Shown here: positions 18,264-28,509 of the stretch, piece after piece
Position numbering within the stretch: the stretch's first letter is position 1
Layout of the letters: each line of letters starts with the position of its first letter
NCBI GenBank assembly: GCA_027451965.1
Contig: DAIDHJ010000001.1
Span: 87,639 to 151,638, forward strand
Length of the DNA: 64,000 bases
Origin: Candidatus Adlerbacteria bacterium
GTDB taxonomy: Bacteria > Patescibacteriota > Minisyncoccia > Phycocordibacterales > SBAW01
Direction: 5' to 3'
Position numbers and translations under genes: made by a program
Notes under the pieces: generated by a model
What the model saw: only the letters and a program-made list of their open reading frames with translations
Databases searched by the model: none
Told to the model about the DNA's origin: nothing

Positions 18264-18989
18264 ATGATCACTGCTGGCGAGCAGGTGTGGCAGAAAGATT
18301 CTGCCGGCCTTACCGAGCAACTCGCTCAAGCATACACGCTTGAGACCGAAGGAAAACTACTGGAAGCGTATCTGCTTCGCACAACCGCATTCTACTCTCA
18401 TTACGCTTCGCAATTGCTCCACAATCCAATTCGCGCGCTATATGAATTTTCACAGGCAAAACAGTATGCGCGCGCCACTCTCGGCATCATCGAGAAAAAA
18501 GGATTCGATGCCCTGTCTGACGGGCAATGCGACGTGCTGGCCACGGTGCTCATACGCCGATGGCTGTGGGTGCGTCCCACGAAAAACGATCTGTTTTATG
18601 CACCAATTCTCTGGGAATTTGGACAGCGAAAAAATCCACTCCCTCATTCCGCAGCACTCATGCACCTTGGCATGGCAGAGACCTACTACCTAGAACGAGA
18701 GTTCGATGCCTGTAAAGAAGAGATCGCTGCTGCTTTGCATTTGCAGACGCGGGTACAAGCAGAGATCAATCGCACCCTGGCATATCGGCAATTTTCTCGC
18801 GTACTGCGCAGAGCCGCACTGCTCAGCTACAAACTGGGCGACCACGACCACGCAACCGAACTCATCGCAGAAGCAAGGAGATTCGCCCTTCACTATGCGC
18901 ATGGCAGTCGAGACCAGCTCTACAAAATCAATGCAGAATGGAAGCGAAGAACTCTGCCGCCCTTCCTTCAACTGCTCCTTCCTCACTAA
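18264..18989 (+). CDS. Hypothetical helical (TPR-like) protein
   Basis: AGGAGG RBS; TTGCTT-16-TATTAT upstream; helical repeats such as AALMHLGMAETYYL. Confidence 0.65.
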   Translation: MITAGEQVWQKDSAGLTEQLAQAYTLETEGKLLEAYLLRTTAFYSHYASQLLHNPIRALYEFSQAKQYARATLGIIEKKGFDALSDGQCDVLATVLIRRWLWVRPTKNDLFYAPILWEFGQRKNPLPHSAALMHLGMAETYYLEREFDACKEEIAAALHLQTRVQAEINRTLAYRQFSRVLRRAALLSYKLGDHDHATELIAEARRFALHYAHGSRDQLYKINAEWKRRTLPPFLQLLLPH

Positions 18990-18990
18990 C

Positions 18991-19021
18991 AAAACGCCTC
19001 GCGATAATCGCGAGGCGTTTT
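18991..19021. terminator. Bidirectional intrinsic terminator
   Basis: AAAACGCCTCGCGA-TAA-TCGCGAGGCGTTTT. Confidence 0.85.
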
Positions 19022-19026
19022 ACTGT

Positions 19027-19272
19027 TTATGCGCTTTTGAGCATCCGTGCCACCTTTGCTTTACGGCGAGCTGCCGTATGCTTTTTGATAACACCTGTCT
19101 TTGCAGCCTTATCAATCGCCTTATATGCAGCGGCGAGGACTTTGGTATCCCCTTTTGCCGCAAGACGCACTTGTTTGAAAGCAGAGCGCACCGCTTTCTT
19201 CCGAAGGTCATTCATCGCCTTTTTTCGCTTTGCCTGGCGCAATGCCTTCTTTGCTGATTTGGTGATTGCCAT
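19027..19272 (-). CDS. rpsT: 30S ribosomal protein S20
   Basis: MAITKSAKKALRQ..AYKAIDKAAKTGVIKKHTAARRK. Confidence 0.95.
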   Translation of the reverse strand: MAITKSAKKALRQAKRKKAMNDLRKKAVRSAFKQVRLAAKGDTKVLAAAYKAIDKAAKTGVIKKHTAARRKAKVARMLKSA

Positions 19273-19296
19273 GTCGGGATAGTACTCTATTCATAT

Positions 19297-19881
19297 ATGA
19301 TAGGCAAGTTAACTGGCAGCATCATAGGAACCACCACAGAGGGGGCAGTGCTTGTAGACGTAAATGGCGTGGGATATGCGGTGCGTGTTCCGCTGCTCAT
19401 ACGAGATGGGCTCCAAGGCGCTTCTACGCCTGTTTCGTTCTTTATTCACACCGCTGTTCGGGATGATGCAATCGATTTATATGGATTCCTTACCAATGAA
19501 GAGCTGTCGTTTTTCAAACAGCTCACGAGCGTATCGGGTATCGGACCGAAAACTGCGCTCAGTATCCTCAATGTCGCAGAAGTGGAACATTTGAGACATG
19601 CGATCGCGCGAGGAGATACAAGTACGCTTACTAAAGTGTTCGGTATCGGCAAAAAAAGTGCTGAGCGCATCGTGGTAGAACTGCGCGACAAACTTTCTCA
19701 TGGAACAGAAACCGCAGCAGATGATGCCGCGGTCATAGAGGCACTCCTTGCACTGGGCTATCGCATAGAGGAAGTACGGCAGGCACTCAAAATACTGCTG
19801 CAAAACGCGGAACAACCGCAGAATGTATCAGAGCGCGTATCCGCAACCTTAAAAATCCTTGGTACCCGTCATACGGTATGA
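19297..19881 (+). CDS. ruvA: Holliday junction branch migration protein RuvA
   Basis: VDVNGVGY, LYGF, VSGIGPKTAL, GIGKKSAERIVVELRDK. Confidence 0.95.
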   Translation: MIGKLTGSIIGTTTEGAVLVDVNGVGYAVRVPLLIRDGLQGASTPVSFFIHTAVRDDAIDLYGFLTNEELSFFKQLTSVSGIGPKTALSILNVAEVEHLRHAIARGDTSTLTKVFGIGKKSAERIVVELRDKLSHGTETAADDAAVIEALLALGYRIEEVRQALKILLQNAEQPQNVSERVSATLKILGTRHTV

Positions 19882-21110
19882 AACGCCTGATACCAAAACC
19901 GCTGTTGCGTGCATACCATTTTTTTCTTGCATACTTTGGCGCATGGCGATACGGCAATCCTTCCAAGCAACTCACGGTAATTGGCATTACGGGAACAAAA
20001 GGAAAATCCACCACTACTGAACTGGTAGCTGCTGTGCTGACCGAAGCGGGATATACCGTTGCGGTTGCTAGTACCATCCGTTTTGCCATTGGCGCGCATA
20101 GCGAACGCAATTTGTTCAAAATGACCATGCCCGGACGATTTTTCTTGCAACAGTTTCTGCGCAAGGCAGTCGACGCAGGCGCGACCCATGCGGTTATAGA
20201 AATGACCTCGGAAGGCGCTGTGCAATTCCGTCACCGCGGTATCGACATGAATGCGCTTATTTTCACCAACCTTGCACCGGAACATTTGGAATCCCACGGC
20301 AGCATGGAACGCTACGTTGCCGCTAAACTTTCAATCGCTGAAGCGCTTTCCCGCTCACCAAAACGACCGCGTATTATTGTCGCCAACGCTGATGACACAT
20401 ACGGTGCTGCATTCCTTAATATAGATGCGGATATACATGCGCCGTTTTCACTCAAAGATGCTGAACCATATACCGCAGATGATACCAGTGTGCGGTTTGT
20501 ATGGCGTGGAATGCTCATCACCATGCCGCTTCCCGGCGTGTTTAACCTCAAGAACGCACTTGCCGCACTGACTCTCGGGGAAGCACTCGACATACCCATA
20601 ACAACCATGAAAAAAGCTCTGGAACATATGACCGCAGTTGCGGGGCGCGCCGAACGAGTAGAAAAAGGCCAACCGTTCAGTGTAATCATCGATTATGCGC
20701 ATACGCCAGATTCACTGAAGGCGCTCTATGAAACCTATGCGAACCATCGGATCATCGGCGTGCTGGGATCAACCGGCGGTGGGCGTGATACCTGGAAGCG
20801 CAAAGAAATGGGAGCGCTGGCAGAATCATTTTGTGCTGTAGCCATTCTAGCGAATGAAGATCCGTATGATGAGGATCCGCAGCATATCCTTGCTGATCTT
20901 GCAGAGGGATTCACAACAAAAAAACCACGCATCATTCTGGATCGCAGAGATGCCATTCGCGCAGCATTAGAAGAAGCACAACCAGGAGATGCGGTGCTTA
21001 TCACCGGAAAAGGCACCGATCCATACATCATGGGGCCTCATGGAAGCAAAGAAGTGTGGAGTGACAAAGCAGTAGCCGAAGAGGAGCTAGCGAAATTGGG
21101 CTATACTTAA
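19878..21110 (+). CDS. murE: Mur ligase, MurE-like
   Basis: GITGTKGKSTT, FTNLAPEHL, IDYAHTPDSL, NEDPYDED, LITGKG. Confidence 0.85.
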   Translation: MKRLIPKPLLRAYHFFLAYFGAWRYGNPSKQLTVIGITGTKGKSTTTELVAAVLTEAGYTVAVASTIRFAIGAHSERNLFKMTMPGRFFLQQFLRKAVDAGATHAVIEMTSEGAVQFRHRGIDMNALIFTNLAPEHLESHGSMERYVAAKLSIAEALSRSPKRPRIIVANADDTYGAAFLNIDADIHAPFSLKDAEPYTADDTSVRFVWRGMLITMPLPGVFNLKNALAALTLGEALDIPITTMKKALEHMTAVAGRAERVEKGQPFSVIIDYAHTPDSLKALYETYANHRIIGVLGSTGGGRDTWKRKEMGALAESFCAVAILANEDPYDEDPQHILADLAEGFTTKKPRIILDRRDAIRAALEEAQPGDAVLITGKGTDPYIMGPHGSKEVWSDKAVAEEELAKLGYT

Positions 21111-21113
21111 CAT

Positions 21114-21353
21114 ATGGCCGAAGAAAAGGAAAAAGGACATGATCCGATGAAAGACCTCATCTTCGTTGTAAGCACGCTTGGCATACTCATTCTCATATGG
21201 TTCATGATGGGCGGACCCTCGCATGTAGATATAAGACACCGTGGCATTTTCCTTAATCCCCCTCCCCCGGTCGGCAACGGCGCTTCATACGGACCGCAAA
21301 TCGGCAGTTCCACAAATACGAACCCTCCGTACCATTATCAGTATCAATACTAA
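21114..21353 (+). CDS. Hypothetical single-TM protein
   Basis: TM followed by Pro-rich tail; TATACT 6 nt before ATG. Confidence 0.65.
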   Translation: MAEEKEKGHDPMKDLIFVVSTLGILILIWFMMGGPSHVDIRHRGIFLNPPPPVGNGASYGPQIGSSTNTNPPYHYQYQY

Positions 21354-21358
21354 TTATT

Positions 21359-21760
21359 ATGTTAAACGTATTTCCGCAGTTGCTTGTCTTTAACTTCTTT
21401 GCACCCACCTTGCTGCGCATTGTTGCGGCAGGAACATTTTTCTATCTTGCCTTTTTCCATTTCAGCAACCGCAAGGCAGTGGCACAGGAACTTTCCCTAT
21501 TTCCACATGCAGCAGCAAACACCATGGCAGGTATTTTTGCACTGGTTGAATGCGCGGTTGCCATACTGCTGCTCCTTGGACTTTGGACGCAAATTGCGGC
21601 ACTTATTGGTTTCATCATCTGTCTCAAGATAGTGCTTATCCGCAAAGGATTGCGCCATATTTCCCCACTATCTCATCTCTCCTACCTGCTGCTTGCGACT
21701 ATTTGCCTCTCATTGCTTTGCACAGGCGCCGGAGCAATAGCGTTTGATATTCCCCTCTAG
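21359..21760 (+). CDS. DoxX-like membrane protein
   Basis: LLRI, E..LLLLGLWTQIAA, TGAGAIAFD. Confidence 0.7.
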   Translation: MLNVFPQLLVFNFFAPTLLRIVAAGTFFYLAFFHFSNRKAVAQELSLFPHAAANTMAGIFALVECAVAILLLLGLWTQIAALIGFIICLKIVLIRKGLRHISPLSHLSYLLLATICLSLLCTGAGAIAFDIPL

Positions 21761-21761
21761 C

Positions 21762-22232
21762 GTGAAGAAGTGCGTTCTCATCCTTCATAACATTCGCAGT
21801 GTCCATAATGTGGGATCGATATTTCGCACCGCGGATGCCGCGGGCGTATCGCATATCATTCTTTCCGGCTATACACCGGCACCGATAGATCGGTTCGGAA
21901 GAGCGCGGACTGATTTTATAAAAGTATCGCTAGGCGCCGAGAAGACTATTCCCTGGTCGCAGGTGCCTACGCCGACCAAAGCACTTACCCGATTACAAAA
22001 AGAAGGATATACCTTAATCGCACTTGAGCAGCATGCACGCGCGGCACCGCTCTTTTCATACGTACCACCAGCCTCAATTGCTCTAGTGCTTGGCAATGAA
22101 GTGCGCGGCGTTTCACCTCAATTGCTGCGCCGTATGGATGGAGTCGTTGAAATACCTATGCACGGCAAGAAAGAATCACTCAATGTATCCGTTGCCGCGG
22201 GCATTGCGCTCTTTGCGCTGCTCCACCGTTAA
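21762..22232 (+). CDS. SpoU/TrmH family RNA methyltransferase
   Basis: NIRSVHNVGSIFRTADAAG, VLGNEVRG, IPMHGKKESLNVSVAAGI. Confidence 0.92.
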   Translation: MKKCVLILHNIRSVHNVGSIFRTADAAGVSHIILSGYTPAPIDRFGRARTDFIKVSLGAEKTIPWSQVPTPTKALTRLQKEGYTLIALEQHARAAPLFSYVPPASIALVLGNEVRGVSPQLLRRMDGVVEIPMHGKKESLNVSVAAGIALFALLHR

Positions 22233-22381
22233 AACTGGAAAGAACGAATAAAAAAAATAGGCGATCGCTGTTGCAATGATAAAGCATCATGGCAAGGGCA
22301 TAGATCGGCGTCTTCATGTCACCATCAGTGACTCTTTTGCATCATGAGAGGCACAAGAGTTATCAGCATAAATGTATGCGT

Positions 22382-22612
22382 ATGAAAATACTTCTTACCT
22401 GTAGAGGGTGCGGTTATGAGGAGTGGAGTACTTCTGAAAAAACATTTATCAATAAGGTCATCATGTGGAATCATGTGAAAAAAGCGCATCCAGGCATGGC
22501 AGAACGACTCATGCGCACCTATGATGTGCTTCCGAATGATTTTTTTCACATCGAATCCTCGGAGCGTGCTGCGCGTATGCCGTTTAATGCTTCCGTACTG
22601 AGAGAAGTTTAG
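22382..22612 (+). CDS. Small putative C2H2-type zinc-binding protein
   Basis: CRGC...HVKKAH; start uncertain. Confidence 0.5.
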   Translation: MKILLTCRGCGYEEWSTSEKTFINKVIMWNHVKKAHPGMAERLMRTYDVLPNDFFHIESSERAARMPFNASVLREV

Positions 22613-22811
22613 AGGAACCATGATGTCCGTTACAAATACGCACCTGCGCAACGGGCACCTGAAAGTATTCAGCTACTAATGTTCTGATGCGCTGGTTTGC
22701 TTCATTACGAACAGCTTTTTCGCGAACAAATAGTTCCATATGCGTTGCATGCGAGATTACTCGCTCTTTTTTTGCACTCGTATGCACACGTACCTGCACA
22801 TAGGTGATCAT
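22584..22811 (-). CDS. DUF167/YggU family protein
   Basis: VRVHTSAKKE..NEANQRIRTLVAEYFQVP..GHHGSSK. Confidence 0.8.
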   Translation of the reverse strand: MITYVQVRVHTSAKKERVISHATHMELFVREKAVRNEANQRIRTLVAEYFQVPVAQVRICNGHHGSSKLLSVRKH

Positions 22812-22920
22812 TTGATTATATATAATATAATCCCCAACTCGTATCTAAGGATACGAAAATAAAAATAGACGATAAAGCAGAGGTAGAATACTATAGTACG
22901 CATTTAGAGAAATTATACGT

Positions 22921-23649
22921 ATGACACCATTACTTCTTGGTTGTGCCGCATTTTGTTCCACCATGCTCGGTGGAACACTCGCCTTGCGATTGCGAGATAA
23001 ACTGCACCTTATTCTCGGATTCAGCGCCGGCGCAGTCGTTGCCGTGGCTTTTTTCGATCTTATACCGGAGGCACTCTCACTGGGCAGCAAGACACATTCC
23101 CTTGAAACGGTAATGTCCTTTGTCGCGTTGGGATTCATCCTTTACCTGCTGATGGATCGCCTTATCTTGCTGCATAACCATGCGCACGAGCAGGAAGAAG
23201 ATGAGCACTCGGTAGAATCCCGAGGCCATGTACGTGCCGGATCGCTCTCTGTGCACTCCTTCTTGGACGGAGTGGGTATTGGATTGGCATTTCAAGTGTC
23301 TGTCGTGGTGGGCGCAGTAGTAGCCGCTGCCGTGCTGGCGCATGATTTTAGCGATGGCATTAATACGGTTAATGTAGTAGTGCGCCACGGCGGAGAGCGC
23401 AGCAAAGCGCTGCGTTGGCTATTGGTAGATGCCATCGCGCCAGTAATCGGAGTGCTGGTGACACTCTTCTTTTCCATTTCATCAGATGCGCTTGGACTCC
23501 TCCTTGCGCTGTTCGGCGGATTCTTTCTCTACATCGGCGCTTCCGACCTTATTCCGGAAAGCCATCACCAGCATCCAAAATTCCTTACCACAGCTATGAC
23601 TGTGGTTGGCGCTCTGGTACTCTATATTGCGATTCACTTTGCGGGATAA
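22921..23649 (+). CDS. ZIP family metal transporter
   Basis: GFSAG, HSFLDG, LAHDFSDG, His-rich loop, DLIPESHH. Confidence 0.9.
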   Translation: MTPLLLGCAAFCSTMLGGTLALRLRDKLHLILGFSAGAVVAVAFFDLIPEALSLGSKTHSLETVMSFVALGFILYLLMDRLILLHNHAHEQEEDEHSVESRGHVRAGSLSVHSFLDGVGIGLAFQVSVVVGAVVAAAVLAHDFSDGINTVNVVVRHGGERSKALRWLLVDAIAPVIGVLVTLFFSISSDALGLLLALFGGFFLYIGASDLIPESHHQHPKFLTTAMTVVGALVLYIAIHFAG

Positions 23650-23794
23650 ATTTAAAAAGTGGTCCCCTGAGTATAACGCTTTTATAACCCTTCTATCAGA
23701 TCAGTTGTATATAGAGAAAATTACAGAGCAGTTGCTATTTATTAGAGACTTATCGAGATAAGTTCTACTTTATATACTATCTAGATTACTAACA

Positions 23795-25033
23795 TTAATG
23801 GTGCCCGCTAGATCCAATCCAAATAATAAAGACTAGATATACAATAAAAATAACAAGAGTTACAAATCCACCTATCATTCCTCTACCTGATTTTCCCGAT
23901 TGTCGCGAAAGAGTAGTAACTCCACCATAAGTCGTATCTGTAAAAGTATCCTTGTCGTTGATAATTGCTTGCGAAAAAAGAGAGTTGCTGTGGGTATGTA
24001 CGCTACTATTCTTTTTCATTGCAGTGCCTATTGCCAATACTTCAATGAGCCCGCCCCCAAGGTCATATAGGTATATTTTTGTACCCACAACATCATCTGC
24101 ACCAATAGTAGCTGCTTCTGCTTTTATCTTCGAGATCGATTTTTCTCTTGCTTCATAGACAAGTTTGGTAAGTTCAGGTATCTCTCCTTGGCGAAAGGAT
24201 TTGAAAAAAGAAGTAACTCCTCCAATAAAACCAAGGGAGTACACAGATGTGCCCATAAGCAGTTTAAGAGGTGCGTATCCTTTTTTGGTCATACTCCATA
24301 ATTCTTGATTTAGAAGATCAGAAGTTACAGGAATATTTTTATATTCAGCAGGCAGATCTGCATTATAGGAGGCGGTGCCAATCATGATCATTTCTTGCAT
24401 TCCATATCCAGCCCCAGCGATAGGCATAATTTGAGTACGAATATTTACTATCGAATTTGCGCCCGCTTCTTTAGCTTCAGCAACTAAACGCTCAAGTGCT
24501 GCGTTTCTTGTGGTTGTGAAAATCTCTGTAAATTGAGGAACTTCGCCTCGTCGCCACTGGCGGAACCACCCCATAATGCCGCGTGCAAGTCCAATCGAAT
24601 AAGCAATGTTACCAAATACAAAACGAAGAGGACTATACCCCGCATCAATCTGACAATAAAGTTCTTGCCCATCTGAAGATGAAGAAAAAGATTGTGTTGA
24701 TTGAGTACTGTGAAGTACAGAGCCAATAGAAAGAAACTCTATACGATCTCCATTACTAATAATTTCGGTAGTAACACCACTTACGCCAACACCATTTACT
24801 TGCTTGACTTCTCCTTCCAAACGAGTAATTGCCGCTTGGCGACCTTCTGTAAGGAGAGAGGTGAGTTGGGTAATTTCTCCTCCAATAATTCCTCGGGCAC
24901 CCGATCCAATTGCACGCCCAAAACCTAACGCATGCACACTATTCCCAACCACTATATCTCCTGGAGTAAATCCAAGGTCATCAAGGCAAAATATTTCGTT
25001 ACCTGAAAGACCAGTTACATGAGAGTCATTCAT
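23795..25033 (-). CDS. Triple YbjQ/UPF0145-domain protein with C-terminal TM
   Basis: Three repeats of GE..T....R..A..(R/K)....A...G; AT-rich; beside tRNA-Lys. Confidence 0.75.
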   Translation of the reverse strand: MNDSHVTGLSGNEIFCLDDLGFTPGDIVVGNSVHALGFGRAIGSGARGIIGGEITQLTSLLTEGRQAAITRLEGEVKQVNGVGVSGVTTEIISNGDRIEFLSIGSVLHSTQSTQSFSSSSDGQELYCQIDAGYSPLRFVFGNIAYSIGLARGIMGWFRQWRRGEVPQFTEIFTTTRNAALERLVAEAKEAGANSIVNIRTQIMPIAGAGYGMQEMIMIGTASYNADLPAEYKNIPVTSDLLNQELWSMTKKGYAPLKLLMGTSVYSLGFIGGVTSFFKSFRQGEIPELTKLVYEAREKSISKIKAEAATIGADDVVGTKIYLYDLGGGLIEVLAIGTAMKKNSSVHTHSNSLFSQAIINDKDTFTDTTYGGVTTLSRQSGKSGRGMIGGFVTLVIFIVYLVFIIWIGSSGHH

Positions 25034-25105
25034 AATAAAAATTCTAACACTGCATTCAAATAGAACCTATCTATCCACCCGAACAGAATACTAATATACG
25101 ATTAG

Positions 25106-25178
25106 TCCGCCCAGCAGGATTCGAACCTGCGACCATCTCCTTAAAAGGGAGCTGCTCTACCAACTGAGCTATGGGCGG
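25106..25178 (-). tRNA. tRNA-Lys(TTT)
   Basis: CCGCCCA/TGGGCGG-A acceptor, CTTTTAA loop. Confidence 0.93.
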
Positions 25179-25225
25179 TTACTCGCGACTATAGCAAAAA
25201 AACGCTCCGATTTGTAGTAAACCGC

Positions 25226-25858
25226 TCACTTCCCCAGTGAGAGGACGAATCGCTCCAGCTGCAGAGACAGATCTCCCAATCCTCGATGCGCATCGTGATA
25301 CATAACTATCAAAGCGCGAGAAAGCTCCTGCAGTTCTTTTTTCGTATACACTTTTTGTGATTTTGCACTCATGTCACGCACTTTCCAATGGAGCACACCG
25401 ATGATGTTTTCCGGCTGAATCCCCTCGCGAAATGCTCTGGCCAACAAAAGCCATGCATGCTTTCTATCACGACTGCCGAATGCATTGGCCAGTGCAAATA
25501 TATTGAATGTTTCTTCTTTTTTCTTTTCTTCCAGTGTATGTATTTCTACAGCTGTTTTTTGCAGCTTTGTAAGCGGTTTTTTGAGCAATTTACTTTCTTC
25601 AAATACGAACGTATGGGGAGAAGTACGGAATACATCCAGCAAATCAAATATCGTTTCGCTGTACTCAGCATCAGAAATCGCATCAGTGAGCAAGTAATAG
25701 TGAGTATCGCCCAGCAATGAAGGAGTGGATGCTATTATGCCAAGTTCTTCTGCGTTCATATGTTCCCATTGCAATTCTTGCACGGATTTTTTCTTCAGAA
25801 GCTTTCTCCGAAGATCGCCGCGTGCCCCTATATCACTGCCCACAATGACGTACATCAT
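25226..25858 (-). CDS. holA: Short DNA polymerase III delta-like protein
   Basis: STPSLLGD, FNIFALANAFGSRDRKHAW, LERFVL; start overlaps polA stop. Confidence 0.65.
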   Translation of the reverse strand: MMYVIVGSDIGARGDLRRKLLKKKSVQELQWEHMNAEELGIIASTPSLLGDTHYYLLTDAISDAEYSETIFDLLDVFRTSPHTFVFEESKLLKKPLTKLQKTAVEIHTLEEKKKEETFNIFALANAFGSRDRKHAWLLLARAFREGIQPENIIGVLHWKVRDMSAKSQKVYTKKELQELSRALIVMYHDAHRGLGDLSLQLERFVLSLGK

Positions 25859-28197
25859 AATTTGTGCATATCTCCCCAATTCTTTCCTTTCTTCCCTTCC
25901 GCAAGGAACGGTATGTTGCGACGCTCTGCTGCCGGTAACACCTCTTCCATAATCTCCTTGATCGCCTTGGCACATCTATCCACTTGATCATCTGGCACTT
26001 CATAGACCAGTTCGTCATGCACCTGCAACAGCAAGTGCACCTGCGTATCGAGCTCATGCTCCTGCAACCACGCGGCAATGCGCACCATCGCAAGCTTGAT
26101 GATATCCGCTTGTGTTCCTTGTAGCGGCGCATTGATCGCCATGCGTTCCGCGCTGGCACGGATATAGGGGATGGCGGAATGAATACCCTCAAAGTAGCGA
26201 CGGCGGCCGAAATAGGTCGTCGTATACCCGTACTTTGCGGCATGCGCTTTCACGTCTTCTATATATGCCGCCAGTTGCGGAAATGCGGCGAAGTATTCGT
26301 TATAAAATTCCTGCGCTTCTATCCGGCTCGTACCCAGTGCTTCCCGCAAGCTGGTAACGCCCATGCCATAGAGAATGCCGAAGTTGATAATCTTGGCACG
26401 GCGACGCTGTTCGTACGTCACTGCCGAAGGGTCCACGCCAAATACTTTTGCCGCTACTTCCGCATGGACATCACGGCCATGTACAAAAATATCGGTCAGT
26501 CCTTCATCTCCGGAAAGAAACGCGGCGATGCGCAATTCAATCTGCGAATAATCGAATGACACGAGATGCATACCCGTATCAGCAATAAACGCGTAGCGAA
26601 TCGCGCGACCAAGTTCTGTTTTGATAGGAATATTTTGGAGATTGGGATTTTGTGACGCGAGGCGTCCGGTGGTAGTACCCGTCTGAATAAAAGAGGTATG
26701 CAGCCGGTCATGCGCATCCAACAATGTAGGGATGTTATCGATATACGTCGACAGGAGTTTTTGGAGTTCACGATATGCCAAAATATCAGGCACGATTGGG
26801 TGCAGTTCACGCAATTTTTCAAGTTCTGATTCTCGTGTGGAGCGCGCGCCGCTGCTGGTCTTCTTCTGATTCTTTACGGAGAGTCCTAGCGTATCGAACA
26901 GTATCTCGCCAAGCTGTTTTGGAGAATTGATATTAAATGTTTTTCCCGCTGCGACGTATATGCGCTCAGCAATCGTATCCAGCTCTTTGTGGTACTGCTC
27001 GGACAATGTTTTGAGAAATGCGCGATCGATCTTTATTCCCCGCTCATGCATTTCCTCGAGGATAGGTATGAGCGGCAGTTCTATCTGCTGGTACACCACC
27101 TCCAGATGGTTCTCCTTGATCTGCTCTTCAAGGTGCTCTAGCGCAGTTGCGAATACTTTTGATTTTCCTGCGCGATAAATATCTTCAAGGTTCGGTGTGG
27201 TCACGCTGGAATCAAGCACCCATACGGCGAGCGCCGCTTTTTCAAATGCCTCCTTCGGAATCCCTGTCTCCTCTTCTTCCTGCTCCATGGGCGGTGCACC
27301 GAACAATTCTCGCACGCGCGGAATGAGGGAACGGAAATCGAACTCTGCCAGCATATCGAGCACTCGGGTTACATCTGCCGCCTCCTTCCATGTTTTTGCA
27401 GGAAGTGAGAATGCAATGGGTACATCGGTATGAATCTGGGCAAGTTCTTTCGACAGCCGGGCCATATGCTCTCCCTCGCGCAGCTTTTCGAGTATTCCGG
27501 GCTTAACCTTGAGCATTTCCGGATCCTTTTTCAGGAGTTCGTACACCCTTTCAAGCGTGCCGTGTTCTGCGATAAGTGCGGTGGCAGTTTTATCTCCGAT
27601 CCCTTTCACTCCCGGAATGTTATCTGAAGGATCGCCACGCAGTCCTTTGTAGTCCGGCACAAACTCTGGTTTGAATCCATATCGCGCCACTACCGCATCT
27701 TCGTCATACAAGACCGTCTCTGAAAGTCCTTTACGCGGGGTAAATACCTGCACGTGGGTACCCTCTACGAGTTGCATCGTGTCCATGTCTCCGGATGCAA
27801 TGATGACTGATACCGTTTTATCTTTTTTGAGTTTCTCGACAATAGTGCCGATGACATCATCCGCCTCGAACTCTTCTTTTTCGTACCAAGGAATACCGAG
27901 TGCGGCGAGCACATCGCGTGAGCGGATAAGTTGCGACACGAGCGCATCTTCTGTTTTCGGTCTTCCCGCTTTGTACCCCTCATACACCAGATGTCGATAG
28001 GTCGGCTTCGGAAGATCGTATGCCGCAACCACATAGTCCGGCTTGAGATCAGTAATGATTTTCACCAGCATGGAAATGAGCCCGTAGAGCGCTCCCGTGG
28101 GCTCACCTTTGGAGGAGGAGAAGTCAGGGAGCGCGTGGTATGCTCGATGCAAAATGGCATGCATATCAAGCAGAACGAGCTTCTTAGGAGTTGCCAT
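25855..28197 (-). CDS. polA: DNA polymerase I
   Basis: 5'-3' exonuclease (EADDVIGT, GDPSDNIPGV); TGRLAS, DYSQIELR, QVHDELV. Confidence 0.96.
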   Translation of the reverse strand: MATPKKLVLLDMHAILHRAYHALPDFSSSKGEPTGALYGLISMLVKIITDLKPDYVVAAYDLPKPTYRHLVYEGYKAGRPKTEDALVSQLIRSRDVLAALGIPWYEKEEFEADDVIGTIVEKLKKDKTVSVIIASGDMDTMQLVEGTHVQVFTPRKGLSETVLYDEDAVVARYGFKPEFVPDYKGLRGDPSDNIPGVKGIGDKTATALIAEHGTLERVYELLKKDPEMLKVKPGILEKLREGEHMARLSKELAQIHTDVPIAFSLPAKTWKEAADVTRVLDMLAEFDFRSLIPRVRELFGAPPMEQEEEETGIPKEAFEKAALAVWVLDSSVTTPNLEDIYRAGKSKVFATALEHLEEQIKENHLEVVYQQIELPLIPILEEMHERGIKIDRAFLKTLSEQYHKELDTIAERIYVAAGKTFNINSPKQLGEILFDTLGLSVKNQKKTSSGARSTRESELEKLRELHPIVPDILAYRELQKLLSTYIDNIPTLLDAHDRLHTSFIQTGTTTGRLASQNPNLQNIPIKTELGRAIRYAFIADTGMHLVSFDYSQIELRIAAFLSGDEGLTDIFVHGRDVHAEVAAKVFGVDPSAVTYEQRRRAKIINFGILYGMGVTSLREALGTSRIEAQEFYNEYFAAFPQLAAYIEDVKAHAAKYGYTTTYFGRRRYFEGIHSAIPYIRASAERMAINAPLQGTQADIIKLAMVRIAAWLQEHELDTQVHLLLQVHDELVYEVPDDQVDRCAKAIKEIMEEVLPAAERRNIPFLAEGKKGKNWGDMHKL

Positions 28198-28235
28198 ATA
28201 TAAGAGTATGGTAGCACACCGACCACGCACGATAC

Positions 28236-28264
28236 TTGACAATAAAATTAATTCATGGTACCTT
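28236..28264 (+). promoter_or_regulatory. Sigma70 promoter of 58-aa ORF
   Basis: TTGACA-17nt-TACCTT with extended TG. Confidence 0.65.
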
Positions 28265-28312
28265 TAGATTAATTGAGTTACTGTGTAACTCAGTACCTGT
28301 AAGGAGGTACCT

Positions 28313-28489
28313 GTGAAAAAGTTCTTTCAGAAAGCTTGGGTGCAACTGCTCGTACTGGTCATCATCAGCATAATCGCCGGATTTTCGGTAACATTCCCCC
28401 CTGAACATAACCCCCCTTATCATCCTTGCGGATTCCGCAACGGAGTTATGGTGCAGTATCATCCCAACGCAACATGTCCGCCACAATGA
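28313..28489 (+). CDS. 58-aa membrane/secreted microprotein (not in ORF track)
   Basis: AAGGAGG + GTG; MKKFFQKAWVQLLVLVIISIIAGFSVTFPPEHNPPYHPCGFRNGVMVQYHPNATCPPQ. Confidence 0.6.
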   Translation: MKKFFQKAWVQLLVLVIISIIAGFSVTFPPEHNPPYHPCGFRNGVMVQYHPNATCPPQ

Positions 28490-28509
28490 GTAAAAGCGTC
28501 GTGAGAGTA

